Assembly: GCA_019057385.1 (NCBI GenBank)
Contig: JAHQJS010000007.1
Span: 619,685 to 683,684, forward strand
Source of the DNA: Candidatus Borrarchaeum weybense
GTDB lineage: Archaea > Asgardarchaeota > Sifarchaeia > Borrarchaeales > Borrarchaeaceae
Direction of reading: 5' to 3'
DNA: 64,000 nt
The translations under genes and the position numbers were made by a program. The notes under the pieces were generated by a model. It was given only the letters and a program-made list of their open reading frames with translations, searched no databases and was not told the origin of the DNA. Of the stretch, positions 49,075 through 59,861 are shown piece after piece. How positions within the stretch are numbered: position 1 is the first letter of the stretch; each line of letters starts with the position of its first letter.

Positions 49075-49419
49075 TCACCACGTTGAAACAGTGGTGCTTT
49101 CTTGCTCAGTTACTCGTAAAAAAATAGTTTCTTGCATTCTGAATAAAACGACTAACGTTCCAAAAACGGGGAAGATAGCAAGGATCAGAAACATTATGCG
49201 TATACCAAACATCTCAGCAATAATACCAGCTACTGTATTCACTCCATAGAATATCCCCACCATTATACTAGCCTGAAATAATGTAGCTCCAAGTGATTTT
49301 GCATAAAGAGGAATTATAACAACTGGAATTATTATCGAAAATGCGTAGAACCAGTTTACTGTGTTTATTGATAATAAGGAAGGATTAGAGTTATCTTTTG
49401 TTGAGTTCAATGTGCACAC
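49075..49419 (-). pseudogene. MFS transporter remnant (N- and C-terminal helices only)
   Basis: IIPLYAKSLGA joined directly to AGIIAEMFG..QET. Confidence 0.6.
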
Positions 49420-49608
49420 ATCTGTTCGTAAGAGAGACCATATTTCAATTTAGTCCATTGCGCAAGTTGAAAATTGAACTCATCACAAGCCTTATAAATC
49501 AACCGCATTGAAGACCACCTGTGCAAATTTTTGCTCCTATTAGCGTTATCTGATTTAAAAAACTCCAATAAATAAAAACATTCAATCTAATATGAGGCTT
49601 GATTTTTC

Positions 49609-50760
49609 TTGAAAAGCAGTACTCAAAGCTTGACAACTCTTAGTTTCGCTCACTATTTCAATGATACCTATTCAATGATTCTCCCTGGATTGATACCAAT
49701 TCTTATTCCTCTATTTGGACTTAGTTACTTTCAAGCAGGATTGGCTGCCATGCTTCTAGTAGCGATCCCTGCAGTTCTACAGCCATTGTTAGGACATTTT
49801 GGTGATGCAGGGAAAGCCAAACAAGTTTTGATTGGAGGATTAATACTCGTCAGTATCAGTACGGCATTTTTTGGCGCGGCTCCAAACTATATCATTTTTC
49901 TTCTTCTTTCTGGAATTGCAGGTGTCGGTCTTGCTGCATATCATCCACAAGCAACTTTATTTCTTTCAACTGACTTTGGAGGAGGAAAGGGGAAGGCATT
50001 GGGTATTCATGGGGCTGGAGGAAGTTTAGGTCATTTCTCTGGTCCAACGTTAATTACAATCTTGGCTTCCACAGTTATCGGATGGCAATTAGGCTTAGTT
50101 CTACTAGTCATTCCAACGATTTTAGTAGCAGTTGCGTGCTGGGTAATTCTTCACACTTCTGATTTATCTTCGAATTCAAGTGTTAAACATGCACCTTATA
50201 GTATCAAGAAAGCATTAACAATCCCGGTTATCATCCTTAGTATTGTAATGGCACTAAGAACCTCGGTTTACAGGGGTATTACTACTTTCTTACCTGCATT
50301 TTTTGTATCAGAAGGTATTTCATTGCTTTATGCAGGAGCGTTCACAGGAGTACTGTTAAGCGCTGGAATACTAGCCCAACCGTTATTTGGACTTATTTCA
50401 GATCGCATTGGCAGGAAAATAGTTGTTGTAACCACAATGCTAGCACTTTCACCGCTTGTCTTTGTTTTTGCATTTTTAGTATCTATTTCGGAATTACTTT
50501 TAATTATCGTTTTATTTCTAATTGGATTTTGTATTTTTGCAACGTTTCCTGTAGGATTAGCTTTTTCCGCGGAACTTGGAGAAAATAACGTCGCTATTAC
50601 TGTTGGTATCGTTTCGGGGATCTCTATGGGTTTTGCAGCCATGATCCCGCCAATAATTGGTTATATTATCGACATCTTTGGTTTCTTTGAGGCATTTGGC
50701 GTTTTGGCCGGCTTTAGCCTTTTGGGTGGGATGATATCTTTTTTTCTTCCAAAAAAATAG
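49609..50760 (+). CDS. MFS transporter (Fsr-like)
   Basis: AHYFND.Y, QPLLG..GD, AAYHPQA, SDRIGRK; about 12 hydrophobic segments. Confidence 0.9.
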   Translation: MKSSTQSLTTLSFAHYFNDTYSMILPGLIPILIPLFGLSYFQAGLAAMLLVAIPAVLQPLLGHFGDAGKAKQVLIGGLILVSISTAFFGAAPNYIIFLLLSGIAGVGLAAYHPQATLFLSTDFGGGKGKALGIHGAGGSLGHFSGPTLITILASTVIGWQLGLVLLVIPTILVAVACWVILHTSDLSSNSSVKHAPYSIKKALTIPVIILSIVMALRTSVYRGITTFLPAFFVSEGISLLYAGAFTGVLLSAGILAQPLFGLISDRIGRKIVVVTTMLALSPLVFVFAFLVSISELLLIIVLFLIGFCIFATFPVGLAFSAELGENNVAITVGIVSGISMGFAAMIPPIIGYIIDIFGFFEAFGVLAGFSLLGGMISFFLPKK

Positions 50761-50899
50761 GGTGTATGCATTTGATTCATAACAAGAGGGGTCAAAAAAG
50801 ACTAAAACTTAATTATATGAGGACAAAATACAATTTAGGACTGAAAAATTGATCGGTAACAAAAAAAATGATATGATGTTGAGAGAAAGAGTAAGAAGA

Positions 50900-52729
50900 T
50901 TAAAGGAGTCCTATTTTTTCTTGAAAGATCTTATATCTTTTAATTATTTTTGCCCTTGAATATCTCTGAGTTAAGGTGCCTAAATGTCCCATTCGTTGTG
51001 CCACTAAATTCTGTTTGACTCCTAATTCTTGAAAAAACTCAGACATTGAATGTCTTAAACAATGTGCAGTGAAATAAACACCACTATTCTCTCTTAACTT
51101 TGAATATATCTGATGAATTATCCACGGATGAAGTTTCACTTTTTTTACTTTTCCAAGAGCGAAAAAAAAACCATCATGTTCAACTCTATGGATTTTTCTA
51201 AGTAACAATTGTTGTCTTACTAAAGCTTTCATCTCATTTGTTAATACGACAAATCTAATTTTGTCACGTTTACCTTTAACTTCTATGTAATGTTCTCTAT
51301 CGAATCGAGGGATAGGTTCATTTCCATTTTGTTTATTTTCCATTTCGTCTGGTTTGCCAAGCACCATGTCCATTGTAATTTTCTTGTATTCTGAAACCCT
51401 TAAGCCAAGGTTTAGTCCTAAATCAAAAATATTTTTCTCTATTGGATTATTTATCACTTTTCGAATTTGTTTAATTTCTTCTCTTGTCAAGGCTCTTGGT
51501 TTTGTCTCTGGTAATTGGGGAACAACTTGTGGGAGTTTCAAAGTTTCTTTGATTTCTAATACAATTGCAGTATCTATTATTGGTGAATGTATTTTATTCT
51601 TCTTACACCATTCCATTCCTTTTTTCCTTATATGCCATTTTTCTACCCATGTTAGAAAAGCTGATATTGATATTGCTTTATCTTTAATAGATACGGGAGA
51701 ATTAGGTTTTGTTTGTCTGGTACAGTTGGAGAAACTGCCATATTTCTTGAGATATTTAAAATATTCGATAATGATCTCTGAGTCAAGGTTCTTCCAAGTT
51801 TTTTCCTTTGATTTTAGGAAATTACAAAGATCTGCTATAGTTGATGTGTATTTAGCGATTGTTTTATCGCTTATTTTACCTTTTTTGTCATTTCTGTATG
51901 CGATGAGTAGATTATCGTACTCATGGAAAGTATGACTAAGCTGCATTCCGGCTTCCAGAAGTGCATTGTTCCACGAGCCAAAATGAATTGCATAAGTTAA
52001 AGGTGAAGGTAATAAAGGATCCTTTGAAAATTCACGATTAGCAGGAGTTTTTCTAGTTTCTTTTTTATAATTCTTCAATATTTTTAGGAGTTCTTCTTTC
52101 GTATATCGCTTTGTATTTGGATCAAAGCCTAATGATTCAATAAACTTGTTATAAGTTCCATAATAATTTACAAATGTATTTAAGCTTGGTAAATCTAATC
52201 CTAATCTTAACTTTGGAAATTCTCGTTTGGTAGGCACTCTTCCTGTCTCTTCTATGTATTTCTTAAACTCAAGTGCCTTTTTTTCTATCTGTTCTTTTTT
52301 ATATCGCTTTACTTTTGGATTATATCCCAAAAATTCAATAAACTTGTTATAACTTCCAAAATGCCTAACAAGAGTATTTACACTTGGCAGATCTAATTTC
52401 AATCTTAGGTTTGAAAACTCTTCACTGGTAGGAACTTTATTTGTTTCTTCTATGTATTTCTTAAGCGTGAATGCTTTATGATCCATCTCTTCCTTTGTAT
52501 ATCCCTGTTTTCCACGTCGCTTCGTAATTGATTCAAAGCCTAAAGATTCAATAAGCTTATTATAACTTCCATAATACTTAACAAATGTATTAAAACTTGG
52601 TAAATCCAATTCTGATCTTAACTTTAAAAATTCGTCTTTGGTGGGAATTTTATTTGTTTCGTCTATGTACTTCTTGAACCTAAGTGCTTTTTGTTTGATC
52701 TCTTCTTGTGTATATCCTTTTCGACCCAC
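50900..52729 (-). CDS. tyrosine recombinase with four N-terminal homing-endonuclease-associated repeats
   Basis: GLRVSE, KGKRDK, HCLRHS, MGH, TQRY; four repeats of YT.EE..P(T)..EF..LPS..T....(F/Y)G(S/T)(Y/W)N. Confidence 0.85.
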   Translation of the reverse strand: MGRKGYTQEEIKQKALRFKKYIDETNKIPTKDEFLKLRSELDLPSFNTFVKYYGSYNKLIESLGFESITKRRGKQGYTKEEMDHKAFTLKKYIEETNKVPTSEEFSNLRLKLDLPSVNTLVRHFGSYNKFIEFLGYNPKVKRYKKEQIEKKALEFKKYIEETGRVPTKREFPKLRLGLDLPSLNTFVNYYGTYNKFIESLGFDPNTKRYTKEELLKILKNYKKETRKTPANREFSKDPLLPSPLTYAIHFGSWNNALLEAGMQLSHTFHEYDNLLIAYRNDKKGKISDKTIAKYTSTIADLCNFLKSKEKTWKNLDSEIIIEYFKYLKKYGSFSNCTRQTKPNSPVSIKDKAISISAFLTWVEKWHIRKKGMEWCKKNKIHSPIIDTAIVLEIKETLKLPQVVPQLPETKPRALTREEIKQIRKVINNPIEKNIFDLGLNLGLRVSEYKKITMDMVLGKPDEMENKQNGNEPIPRFDREHYIEVKGKRDKIRFVVLTNEMKALVRQQLLLRKIHRVEHDGFFFALGKVKKVKLHPWIIHQIYSKLRENSGVYFTAHCLRHSMSEFFQELGVKQNLVAQRMGHLGTLTQRYSRAKIIKRYKIFQEKIGLL

Positions 52730-53002
52730 GCAATCCCACCTTTACAAAATTATGTTCATCTATGATGTCTTCAGTATTTGAATGAAACCATTTGATAATG
52801 CAGTTTTTGTTGCACAATGATTTAGGTCGATTCACTTCGCTATACATGGATCAAAGTTTCTATAAAAACCCCTCAATTCAACTCCAAATAAGGTTAAGAT
52901 TTCTTTAGTTTGGCTGGAGCTGTGATTGCTATTCTTCTGCCTAAAATATAAGCACAAATAGTTGCCCACTTTTGGGTGTGAACAATCACGAATGAAAATT
53001 GT

Positions 53003-53437
53003 TTAAAGTTCTCTGTAGGACTTGTAACTGAAATATATGCAGGCTAGCCCATCCAAGATGAATGAAAACTGCTTTACAATGCTTATTGGATTCGTGAACG
53101 TATACCATGCTGGATTACCTGGAGTAACAATTAGTGCAGTTAAACCAATAATCAAGAGAAGTATTCCTAATATAAAAGCCGGCTTGATTTTCTTAATATA
53201 AAGTGGAATTAATATCCATGCTATAAGGGTCATTATCGAGAAGACAATCAGTGCAGAGGGTGACTGTAGGTTCATCATACTAGCGATCACGACGGATATA
53301 AGCGCCCAACCTGCCACTCCGATTAAGGTGATTACTGCACAAGTTAAATTAGAAATAGAAGCGTAATAAAAGTAAAAAAGCAAAAACGCGAAAAATAGTA
53401 GCAAAAAAGTGAAAAAGTAAAAATAAAATGAAATCAA
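53003..53437 (-). CDS. small membrane protein (start uncertain)
   Basis: Four to five hydrophobic segments. Confidence 0.5.
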   Translation of the reverse strand: MISFYFYFFTFLLLFFAFLLFYFYYASISNLTCAVITLIGVAGWALISVVIASMMNLQSPSALIVFSIMTLIAWILIPLYIKKIKPAFILGILLLIIGLTALIVTPGNPAWYTFTNPISIVKQFSFILDGLACIYFSYKSYREL

Positions 53438-53513
53438 GTTAGTTTCGCATCCAATTTCGTTTTATTCAATGAACTATTATATTGCAGATATATAAAAAAT
53501 ATCAGAAAGCATT

Positions 53514-54320
53514 TTAGTCAAGTATGATTCTTCTATGTCCCAAAGGGCATGTTCCATAATGACAGTCATACCAACCTTCGTCCCACTTTTCCTCGACGTT
53601 ATAATGGTTATAGCAATATATCTTATCACACTTTGGACAATATGCATCCATGCCCTCTTCAAGAGCTGGGGATTCATGCGCAAAATCGTGGACTTCAGCA
53701 AGTTTGTCTTCTTCTAATAAACTGAAAACCTTTTTAGCATCCTTCAAACTAAAAGATGCTGTTGTAGTGAGTCCAATATAATACAGGTATTTTTTGCCAT
53801 CTATACTGGAAACCCCAATTTTAAAGCCTGCCCCAACTTCTCCACAAATAGCGCACGGTAGATGATATTCTTCATCGCTGTACTTAATTACACGTTGAGT
53901 TGGTGCTTTGTGTTCCTCTTTACCCACTAAATTTTCTAATTCAGTAGAAATCTGTTCCCAACAAACTTCAAATGTAGCTCTTAGTTCTGACTCTAATTTT
54001 ATTCCATCTTTACCCGTGATCTTTAATTCACTCGAAGACTGTTCTAATCGACTTTTTGCCAATATCAAGTAAGACCAAGCCGACTTATCGTAATGAGTCC
54101 TATCATCGCTGATTCCTTTAAGCAGTTCCCATGCTGAGACGATACTAAAATAAACTTCTTTAACATCTGTAATCCACGCTTCATCAATAGATTCATCTGT
54201 AGTATTCAAAAATTCAATTATTTTGTCTTTTACATCTTCAAGTTTTTGTATTGAGTCTCTTATCTTCCAAACTCGTTCTCTAGCTTTGTCTTTAGCTTTA
54301 ACTTTTTTTTTACGTGGCAT
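53514..54320 (-). CDS. hypothetical protein with helical N-domain and Cys/His-rich C-domain
   Basis: CAIC...YCPKCDKIYCYNH...CPLGH; ORF track start 54407. Confidence 0.65.
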   Translation of the reverse strand: MPRKKKVKAKDKARERVWKIRDSIQKLEDVKDKIIEFLNTTDESIDEAWITDVKEVYFSIVSAWELLKGISDDRTHYDKSAWSYLILAKSRLEQSSSELKITGKDGIKLESELRATFEVCWEQISTELENLVGKEEHKAPTQRVIKYSDEEYHLPCAICGEVGAGFKIGVSSIDGKKYLYYIGLTTTASFSLKDAKKVFSLLEEDKLAEVHDFAHESPALEEGMDAYCPKCDKIYCYNHYNVEEKWDEGWYDCHYGTCPLGHRRIILD

Positions 54321-54387
54321 TTTTTTTAAACTCTCAATTAAAAAATGGATTTGGGACTTAATATAACTTATCGATTGTATCATTGAA

Positions 54388-55356
54388 CTAGAAAAACTGT
54401 AGTCCACTATAAATCGCTATTGAGAATAACGCCGCCGCTGGAAAGGTGACACCCCAAGCAAAGGCAATTCCTTTAACGGTACGTGTATTTACTTTAATTT
54501 TTTTGGCGTATCCTACGCCTATGAGTGCCGCTACCAAAACTGCAGTTCCGGAGAGAGGCAATCCAAACCATGTGCCGAGAAACATAACAAGAGCCGTTGC
54601 AACTTGCGCGGCAAATGCTGATGAAGGAGTTAATTTTACCACTGAAGTTCCTAGTTCTAAAAGCACTCTTCTACCAAGGATCAGAAGTCCAATAGTTGCC
54701 CCAATACCTCCAATAATCAATAAAACAGTAAGTTCAACTGCGTGAATTAAAGGTGCAATCGCATTAGCTATATCATTTGCACCCCTGCTAAATTGTGTGA
54801 TCATTACAGCGACCAGAAGCATCTGTGCGAATAGTCTTTCTCTTTTTTCTACATCATTTAATCCTTTGACCTTTGAGAGAACACCTCTCTGCAAAGCGGT
54901 GTAGGTAAGGTATGCGATAACAAAACCCAGAATCGGAGAGATAGCCAAACCTACGAATACTAGCACAATAGCATTCCAATTAATATATGAAAAACCAATA
55001 ATTACGCCTAGTCCTATTATTGAACCTATCATAGCTTGTGTTGTAGAAATGGGAGATTTAAAGTAACTAGCTATCGTTAACCATGCTCCAACAGCGAAAA
55101 CTATAGATATAATCTCAATCATTGTTAAAGGCTTTGTAATAATTCCTTTTCCTAAGGTTTCTGCCACTCTGTCTCCTAGTACTAGAATCCCAGCGATGTT
55201 CAATACACATGCTAAAACTAAAGCGAATTTCAACTTAATATATCCCGAACCTACCGCTGGAGCAAATGTTTCATCATTACTACCAATGCCGAAGCTAATT
55301 GTAGATGCACCGCAAATACTTAAAATGAGTAATAGAAATATAGGTAGAGTAACCAT
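54388..55356 (-). CDS. PiT family inorganic phosphate transporter
   Basis: GSNDE, PISTTQA, GANDIANA, GLPLSGT. Confidence 0.9.
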   Translation of the reverse strand: MVTLPIFLLLILSICGASTISFGIGSNDETFAPAVGSGYIKLKFALVLACVLNIAGILVLGDRVAETLGKGIITKPLTMIEIISIVFAVGAWLTIASYFKSPISTTQAMIGSIIGLGVIIGFSYINWNAIVLVFVGLAISPILGFVIAYLTYTALQRGVLSKVKGLNDVEKRERLFAQMLLVAVMITQFSRGANDIANAIAPLIHAVELTVLLIIGGIGATIGLLILGRRVLLELGTSVVKLTPSSAFAAQVATALVMFLGTWFGLPLSGTAVLVAALIGVGYAKKIKVNTRTVKGIAFAWGVTFPAAALFSIAIYSGLQFF

Positions 55357-55425
55357 CTCAACTCACATTTCTGGAAATGGCTCATATTATTTAAATCAAA
55401 CGATATTTCAGGATGGATATAAGAA

Positions 55426-56091
55426 ATGGCATTGAGAGGCACAATATCTGATCGAGACGCTAAGAAGAAAGCATTAGACTTATTTGCTGAGCAAATAGAA
55501 AAAGTTAAAGAGTGTATTGACGATTTGGAAGACGCTTTCGAAGAATTTTATAAAAACGAGGATTGCGGTGAGGCCTGCGACGAACTTATTGAAACTGAGG
55601 CAGAAGCGGACCGGGTGAAAGAACATCTCTTAGAACTATTGTTCAGAGGAACATTCCTTCCATTAACAGCTGAAGATCGCTTAAATTTAGTTATAATGAA
55701 TGATAATGTCGCTGATGCCGCAGAAAAGACGGCTCGTGTTTTGAAAGCGTATTTTCCAGCATTGCGAAGAATTGACAAGGATATGAAGTATCAAATATGG
55801 CAATTGTCTCGAAAGATGACAGAACTTGCAGAACATCTTGCAAACTCGCTTGAATTATTAGCTGATGATTTTGAAGGCGCATTTAAAGAAGCCAAGATGG
55901 TTGAAACGATGAGAAGAGATATCCGTCATAAAAGCTTCGATCTAATAGAACAATTGTTTAAAGAAGAAAAGAATGATATTAGCATTGCTTTGCTTACTAA
56001 AGAAATTATCCTTAATCTCGTTAACGTGGCAAACGTAGCGGAAGATGCCTCTGATTTTGTTACTGCAATTGTTATAAAATACTCATATTAA
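55426..56091 (+). CDS. DUF47 / PhoU-like phosphate transport regulator
   Basis: E.EAD..K..L...FLP..EDR...D.VAD.AE; repeated VAEDASD. Confidence 0.88.
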   Translation: MALRGTISDRDAKKKALDLFAEQIEKVKECIDDLEDAFEEFYKNEDCGEACDELIETEAEADRVKEHLLELLFRGTFLPLTAEDRLNLVIMNDNVADAAEKTARVLKAYFPALRRIDKDMKYQIWQLSRKMTELAEHLANSLELLADDFEGAFKEAKMVETMRRDIRHKSFDLIEQLFKEEKNDISIALLTKEIILNLVNVANVAEDASDFVTAIVIKYSY

Positions 56092-56110
56092 GAAATACTA
56101 GAACCTTTCC

Positions 56111-56250
56111 TTAAGAATTAAGCGAGATAACGGTTTCTTGTACTTTCAGCAAGACAATTAATGATCCAATAATTGGTAAGATAGCGAGGATCATAAACAT
56201 AATACATAAACCCAAAAATTCTGCCACGATTCCGGCGAAAAGTGTGTTAA
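56111..56250 (-). pseudogene. MFS C-terminal remnant
   Basis: AGIVAEFLG..MFMILAILP..QET, homologous to the 49075 remnant. Confidence 0.55.
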
Positions 56251-56406
56251 TTGTTAAGAATGATCTCTTGAAATCGTCTTTTGCAGAGGTCAAAGTAATC
56301 GCATCTTTTTTTTTGGAAGTATCAAGTTTTAGCTATAATTCTTTAACGGTTATAGCAATTGATTTTTATAGTCTTAGTCCGTAAGACAATCGAAGAGTGT
56401 TCTGAG

Positions 56407-57174
56407 ATGACTACCATCCTTGAAGATTTATCAGAGTGTGAAAAAGCGCTACTAATATCAATACTGGACAATGATGGAGTTATCGTCCAGATTTGGGATA
56501 TGTGTTTTGCTAATCCCCCTGGAAAGCTAGTTCACTGGCACGCCTCCCAACTTGGCGTAGGCATTAAGAGAGTGTTCAAAATCATTCGAAAATTTACTAA
56601 GATGGGATTTGTTGAAAGAGTAGACTATAAACGTACCAAGGGCGATAAATTTATTATACCTAAATATGATCTCACAAACGAAGGAAGAAAAATAGCGGTT
56701 CAATTAAAGCGAGAAAAATTGATTAAACAACAACAAATCACTAAAGAGCCTAGTAAATGTCTTATGAGAGTTTTGATACAAGCCAGAAGCGAAGATATGT
56801 CTGAAGATTTTCTTTTTGCAACATTAAAGCATCGTATCGGGAACTTAGAGTCCGTTAAGATTAGAACAGAAAATATTGAGGGATCTAAGTATCTAATAAC
56901 TCGTGGAGACGTTGTTGTAGTTACTATGAAGCAAACAAGCTTTGGAAACAAGGTACTTATGAAAACGTTGAGATTATCGGAGGATCAGTCACAGATGGTT
57001 AAAAAATATGCGTGTACCTGTTCAACTGTACGAAGATGTTTACTGGCTGAGAAAACAATCAATTTCATGTTTGTTGAACAAGAACCTTTCATAGGTGATT
57101 TAAATCCTTGTGGCAGTTATAAAAAAGAAAAGGTAAAAATTATTCTTGAAGAATGGAAATTTCACACGAAGTAG
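56407..57174 (+). CDS. wHTH-containing hypothetical protein
   Basis: LSECEKALL..KMGFVE..YDLTNEGR. Confidence 0.6.
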   Translation: MTTILEDLSECEKALLISILDNDGVIVQIWDMCFANPPGKLVHWHASQLGVGIKRVFKIIRKFTKMGFVERVDYKRTKGDKFIIPKYDLTNEGRKIAVQLKREKLIKQQQITKEPSKCLMRVLIQARSEDMSEDFLFATLKHRIGNLESVKIRTENIEGSKYLITRGDVVVVTMKQTSFGNKVLMKTLRLSEDQSQMVKKYACTCSTVRRCLLAEKTINFMFVEQEPFIGDLNPCGSYKKEKVKIILEEWKFHTK

Positions 57175-57557
57175 TTTATTGATTATTTTTTTATTTTTGC
57201 GCTAAACATTCTTCTGTTTTCTTTATATGCTGATCAATTTCCTTTAGTAGTTTCTTATTAACTTATAATCTTCACGTTTTATTGAAATAATTGTCCGATA
57301 ATCGCGTTCATCAATTAAATGTCCGTTAAAGAGTTTGCAGAAAAACATATCTTAATATACTCCGAAAACATTTTTCTTAATTAGAATAGAGCTATGAATG
57401 TAGGTTAGTTTTCTATTATATCGAACTACTTTAGTTATACTGAGATCAAGCGGACATCTAAGTCAATTCGATCGTCTTAAAATAAAGTAGCAGATCATTT
57501 TAACATACCTACTTTGTAAGCTTTGCCGAATAAATATGACCATATGGAGGTGAAAAG

Positions 57558-58217
57558 ATGACACAGGAAAACAATCTACCACCAAAGGTTCCAACTAAAA
57601 TGCTGACAGAAGAAGTCCTAGATGGAATTACTAGCAGTGACTTACAAAGGGATACATATAGACCATATGGCATCTACATAACGACCAAGCGAATAATTGG
57701 TATAAAGCCAAATAAACTTCAGAAAATCAATCCTACGTGGTGGTTCGTTATTGTTCTAGGTATTGTGTTAGTGGGTACTCTCATTGGTTTAGGTGCATTA
57801 TTTGTTCCATTACTGATTGGTGGCTTTTTCTTGATTAGATTTATTCTAAGACGAACAATTTACAAACCAGATGATTTCTCTAAAAAAACGATAGAAGAAC
57901 TAGAAGAAAAAAGGGATTTCGAAGTATTTAAAGATGAGATAGAAGAAATCAGATTACAAGAACCGAAAGGAGCATTATTTGGTGGTCTAATGGGTGGATT
58001 CGGTGGACTTGGTGGATTTGGTAGATCAAGGAGAAGATCTAATCGTCCGTATAGAGACTTGGTTATTCAAGGTAATAAACGCGAATATAAAATCAATATC
58101 TTTAGAGGTAGCGCATTAGAGAAAATGTACGATATGTTTAATGAGCCTGAGACAATAGAGGATATATTTGAGCATGACAGAATGAAAGATATGCCTAATA
58201 ATCCTGCTATAGCATAA
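57558..58217 (+). CDS. membrane protein with PH-like segment and Gly-rich loop
   Basis: IYITTKRIIG, two TM helices, GGLMGGFGGLGGFG. Confidence 0.6.
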   Translation: MTQENNLPPKVPTKMLTEEVLDGITSSDLQRDTYRPYGIYITTKRIIGIKPNKLQKINPTWWFVIVLGIVLVGTLIGLGALFVPLLIGGFFLIRFILRRTIYKPDDFSKKTIEELEEKRDFEVFKDEIEEIRLQEPKGALFGGLMGGFGGLGGFGRSRRRSNRPYRDLVIQGNKREYKINIFRGSALEKMYDMFNEPETIEDIFEHDRMKDMPNNPAIA

Positions 58218-58332
58218 TAATGGAAAAAGGCTCATTAGATCTATTTTTAGAATAATATTTGAGATTCTTTTTCTAAAATTTATTTCATCCAAGTAGAATT
58301 CCAAATTTTTTTGGAATGGTATTCTAATGGAT

Positions 58333-59088
58333 TTATTTTACAGGGTCGTTAAAGGAACAAGGAACTACACAAACGCATTTCCCACAAACATCTGCTAATC
58401 CAAATTTTGAATATAAATCCGCGTTTGACAAACAAACTTCATAACACCGATGTCTATCAAAGGAATCAATTTTCAAGGCATTAAAGATGCAGTTCTCAAC
58501 ACATTGCTTACAGGTTTCGTTGTGCTTGTATAAACAGAATTCCTTTTGTGGTCTCTTTGTAGGTGTTATTTTTGCATTTGTTATTAAAGAGCCCAATCTT
58601 CCACAACATCCTCTTTCTGTAATAAGCATGTGATGTACGCCAAAATTGCCAAGTCCTGCAACAAACGCAACGTGCTTATGTGACCAATCACTAATTAATT
58701 CTTGTTCGTCGAAATTGTGGGTAGGAGGAAGAATCACTGATTTGAATTTTTGTTTTTCTAATTCTTCAGATAAAAATTCATTTAGATCTGATATTAGCTT
58801 ATTGGTTTCAATATAAGCGATAGCCCATTCTTCCGAACAATTCTGTCCATTTACATTGCTTAAAGGAATTTCTTTTTTGAATGGAATGAAATATGAAATC
58901 ACAGTTTCTGCGTCTTTAAGTAATTCTGTTGGTAAACTGTGTGTCTCACTTATTACTGTCTTTAATTTCAAAAATAAGGGATCATGAGCACTTGCAAACG
59001 CAATAAGTGGTTCTTCCCAATCAGTTTTAGTTTTATTTTGGGGTTTGTAGGTTTCTACAAATTCTTTGATGACATCTGAAATGTTCAT
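58333..59088 (-). CDS. QueG-like Fe-S protein
   Basis: WSHKHVAFVAGLG.FG, CKQCVENC, CGKC..PC. Confidence 0.8.
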   Translation of the reverse strand: MNISDVIKEFVETYKPQNKTKTDWEEPLIAFASAHDPLFLKLKTVISETHSLPTELLKDAETVISYFIPFKKEIPLSNVNGQNCSEEWAIAYIETNKLISDLNEFLSEELEKQKFKSVILPPTHNFDEQELISDWSHKHVAFVAGLGNFGVHHMLITERGCCGRLGSLITNAKITPTKRPQKEFCLYKHNETCKQCVENCIFNALKIDSFDRHRCYEVCLSNADLYSKFGLADVCGKCVCVVPCSFNDPVK

Positions 59089-59273
59089 ACGAAATATTCT
59101 AAATGAAATCCTTATAAAAGTAACTTGAACGCATTAATGGAGTTCTCTGAACCTTAACCTAGAATTTAGAGCATAAATTCAGCACATTCATGTGTCTTGA
59201 TTATAATCGTGCCAAAACAGTACTGAAAAGTTAAATAAAGAAGAATGTGCTTTATCTAGACTAGGGAACCAAA

Positions 59274-59651
59274 ATGCAGTGGGGATTCTTTCCCATTTTA
59301 ATGGGTATCATATTTTTTATCGTAATAGTAGCGAGTTTAATAGGAATTTGGCTGTGCATTTGGATATATCGAGATGCAGATGCTCGTGGAGAAAATGGGG
59401 CACTTTGGGTGATTATCCTACTTATATCTGGCCTCATTGGACTGATCGTATGGCTTGTTGTACGTAGTGACAAACCAATTGTCAATCCACGTATTACAGC
59501 TTCTAAATACAGGGCTCAGAGTCCAGAATATATACCTCCAACACCTAAGACTAAGACACCTCCACCAGGAAAGAAGTTTTGCAAAAATTGTGGCAAACCT
59601 ATCCCTCCAAATTCAGCGTTCTGTCCTCACTGTGGAATACGATTCGATTGA
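59274..59651 (+). CDS. membrane protein with PLDc_N-like region and zinc ribbon
   Basis: WIYRDA..RG..LW; FCKNCG..FCPHCG. Confidence 0.75.
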   Translation: MQWGFFPILMGIIFFIVIVASLIGIWLCIWIYRDADARGENGALWVIILLISGLIGLIVWLVVRSDKPIVNPRITASKYRAQSPEYIPPTPKTKTPPPGKKFCKNCGKPIPPNSAFCPHCGIRFD

Positions 59652-59738
59652 GATATTTTGAACTAAAAACTTACTTCTTTTCTTAATTTCCTTCAGTATT
59701 AACAGGGAATTAGGGTATATCTTTTTTAGAAAGTTGAA

Positions 59739-59787
59739 GTGAACTACCTCCACCTGTCGGAAGAGGACTTCCCGCCGATTAAGTTAA
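59739..59787 (-). mobile_element. palindrome-associated mini-element (IS200/IS605 right end)
   Basis: Reverse complement GGGAAGTCCTCTTCCGACAGGTGGAGGTAGTTCAC. Confidence 0.6.
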
Positions 59788-59861
59788 ATATAATCTTTAC
59801 TATATTTTAGTTTCAATTCATTGAAGAGAATAAAGACAATGAGTTGTTTGAGGGATGATAT

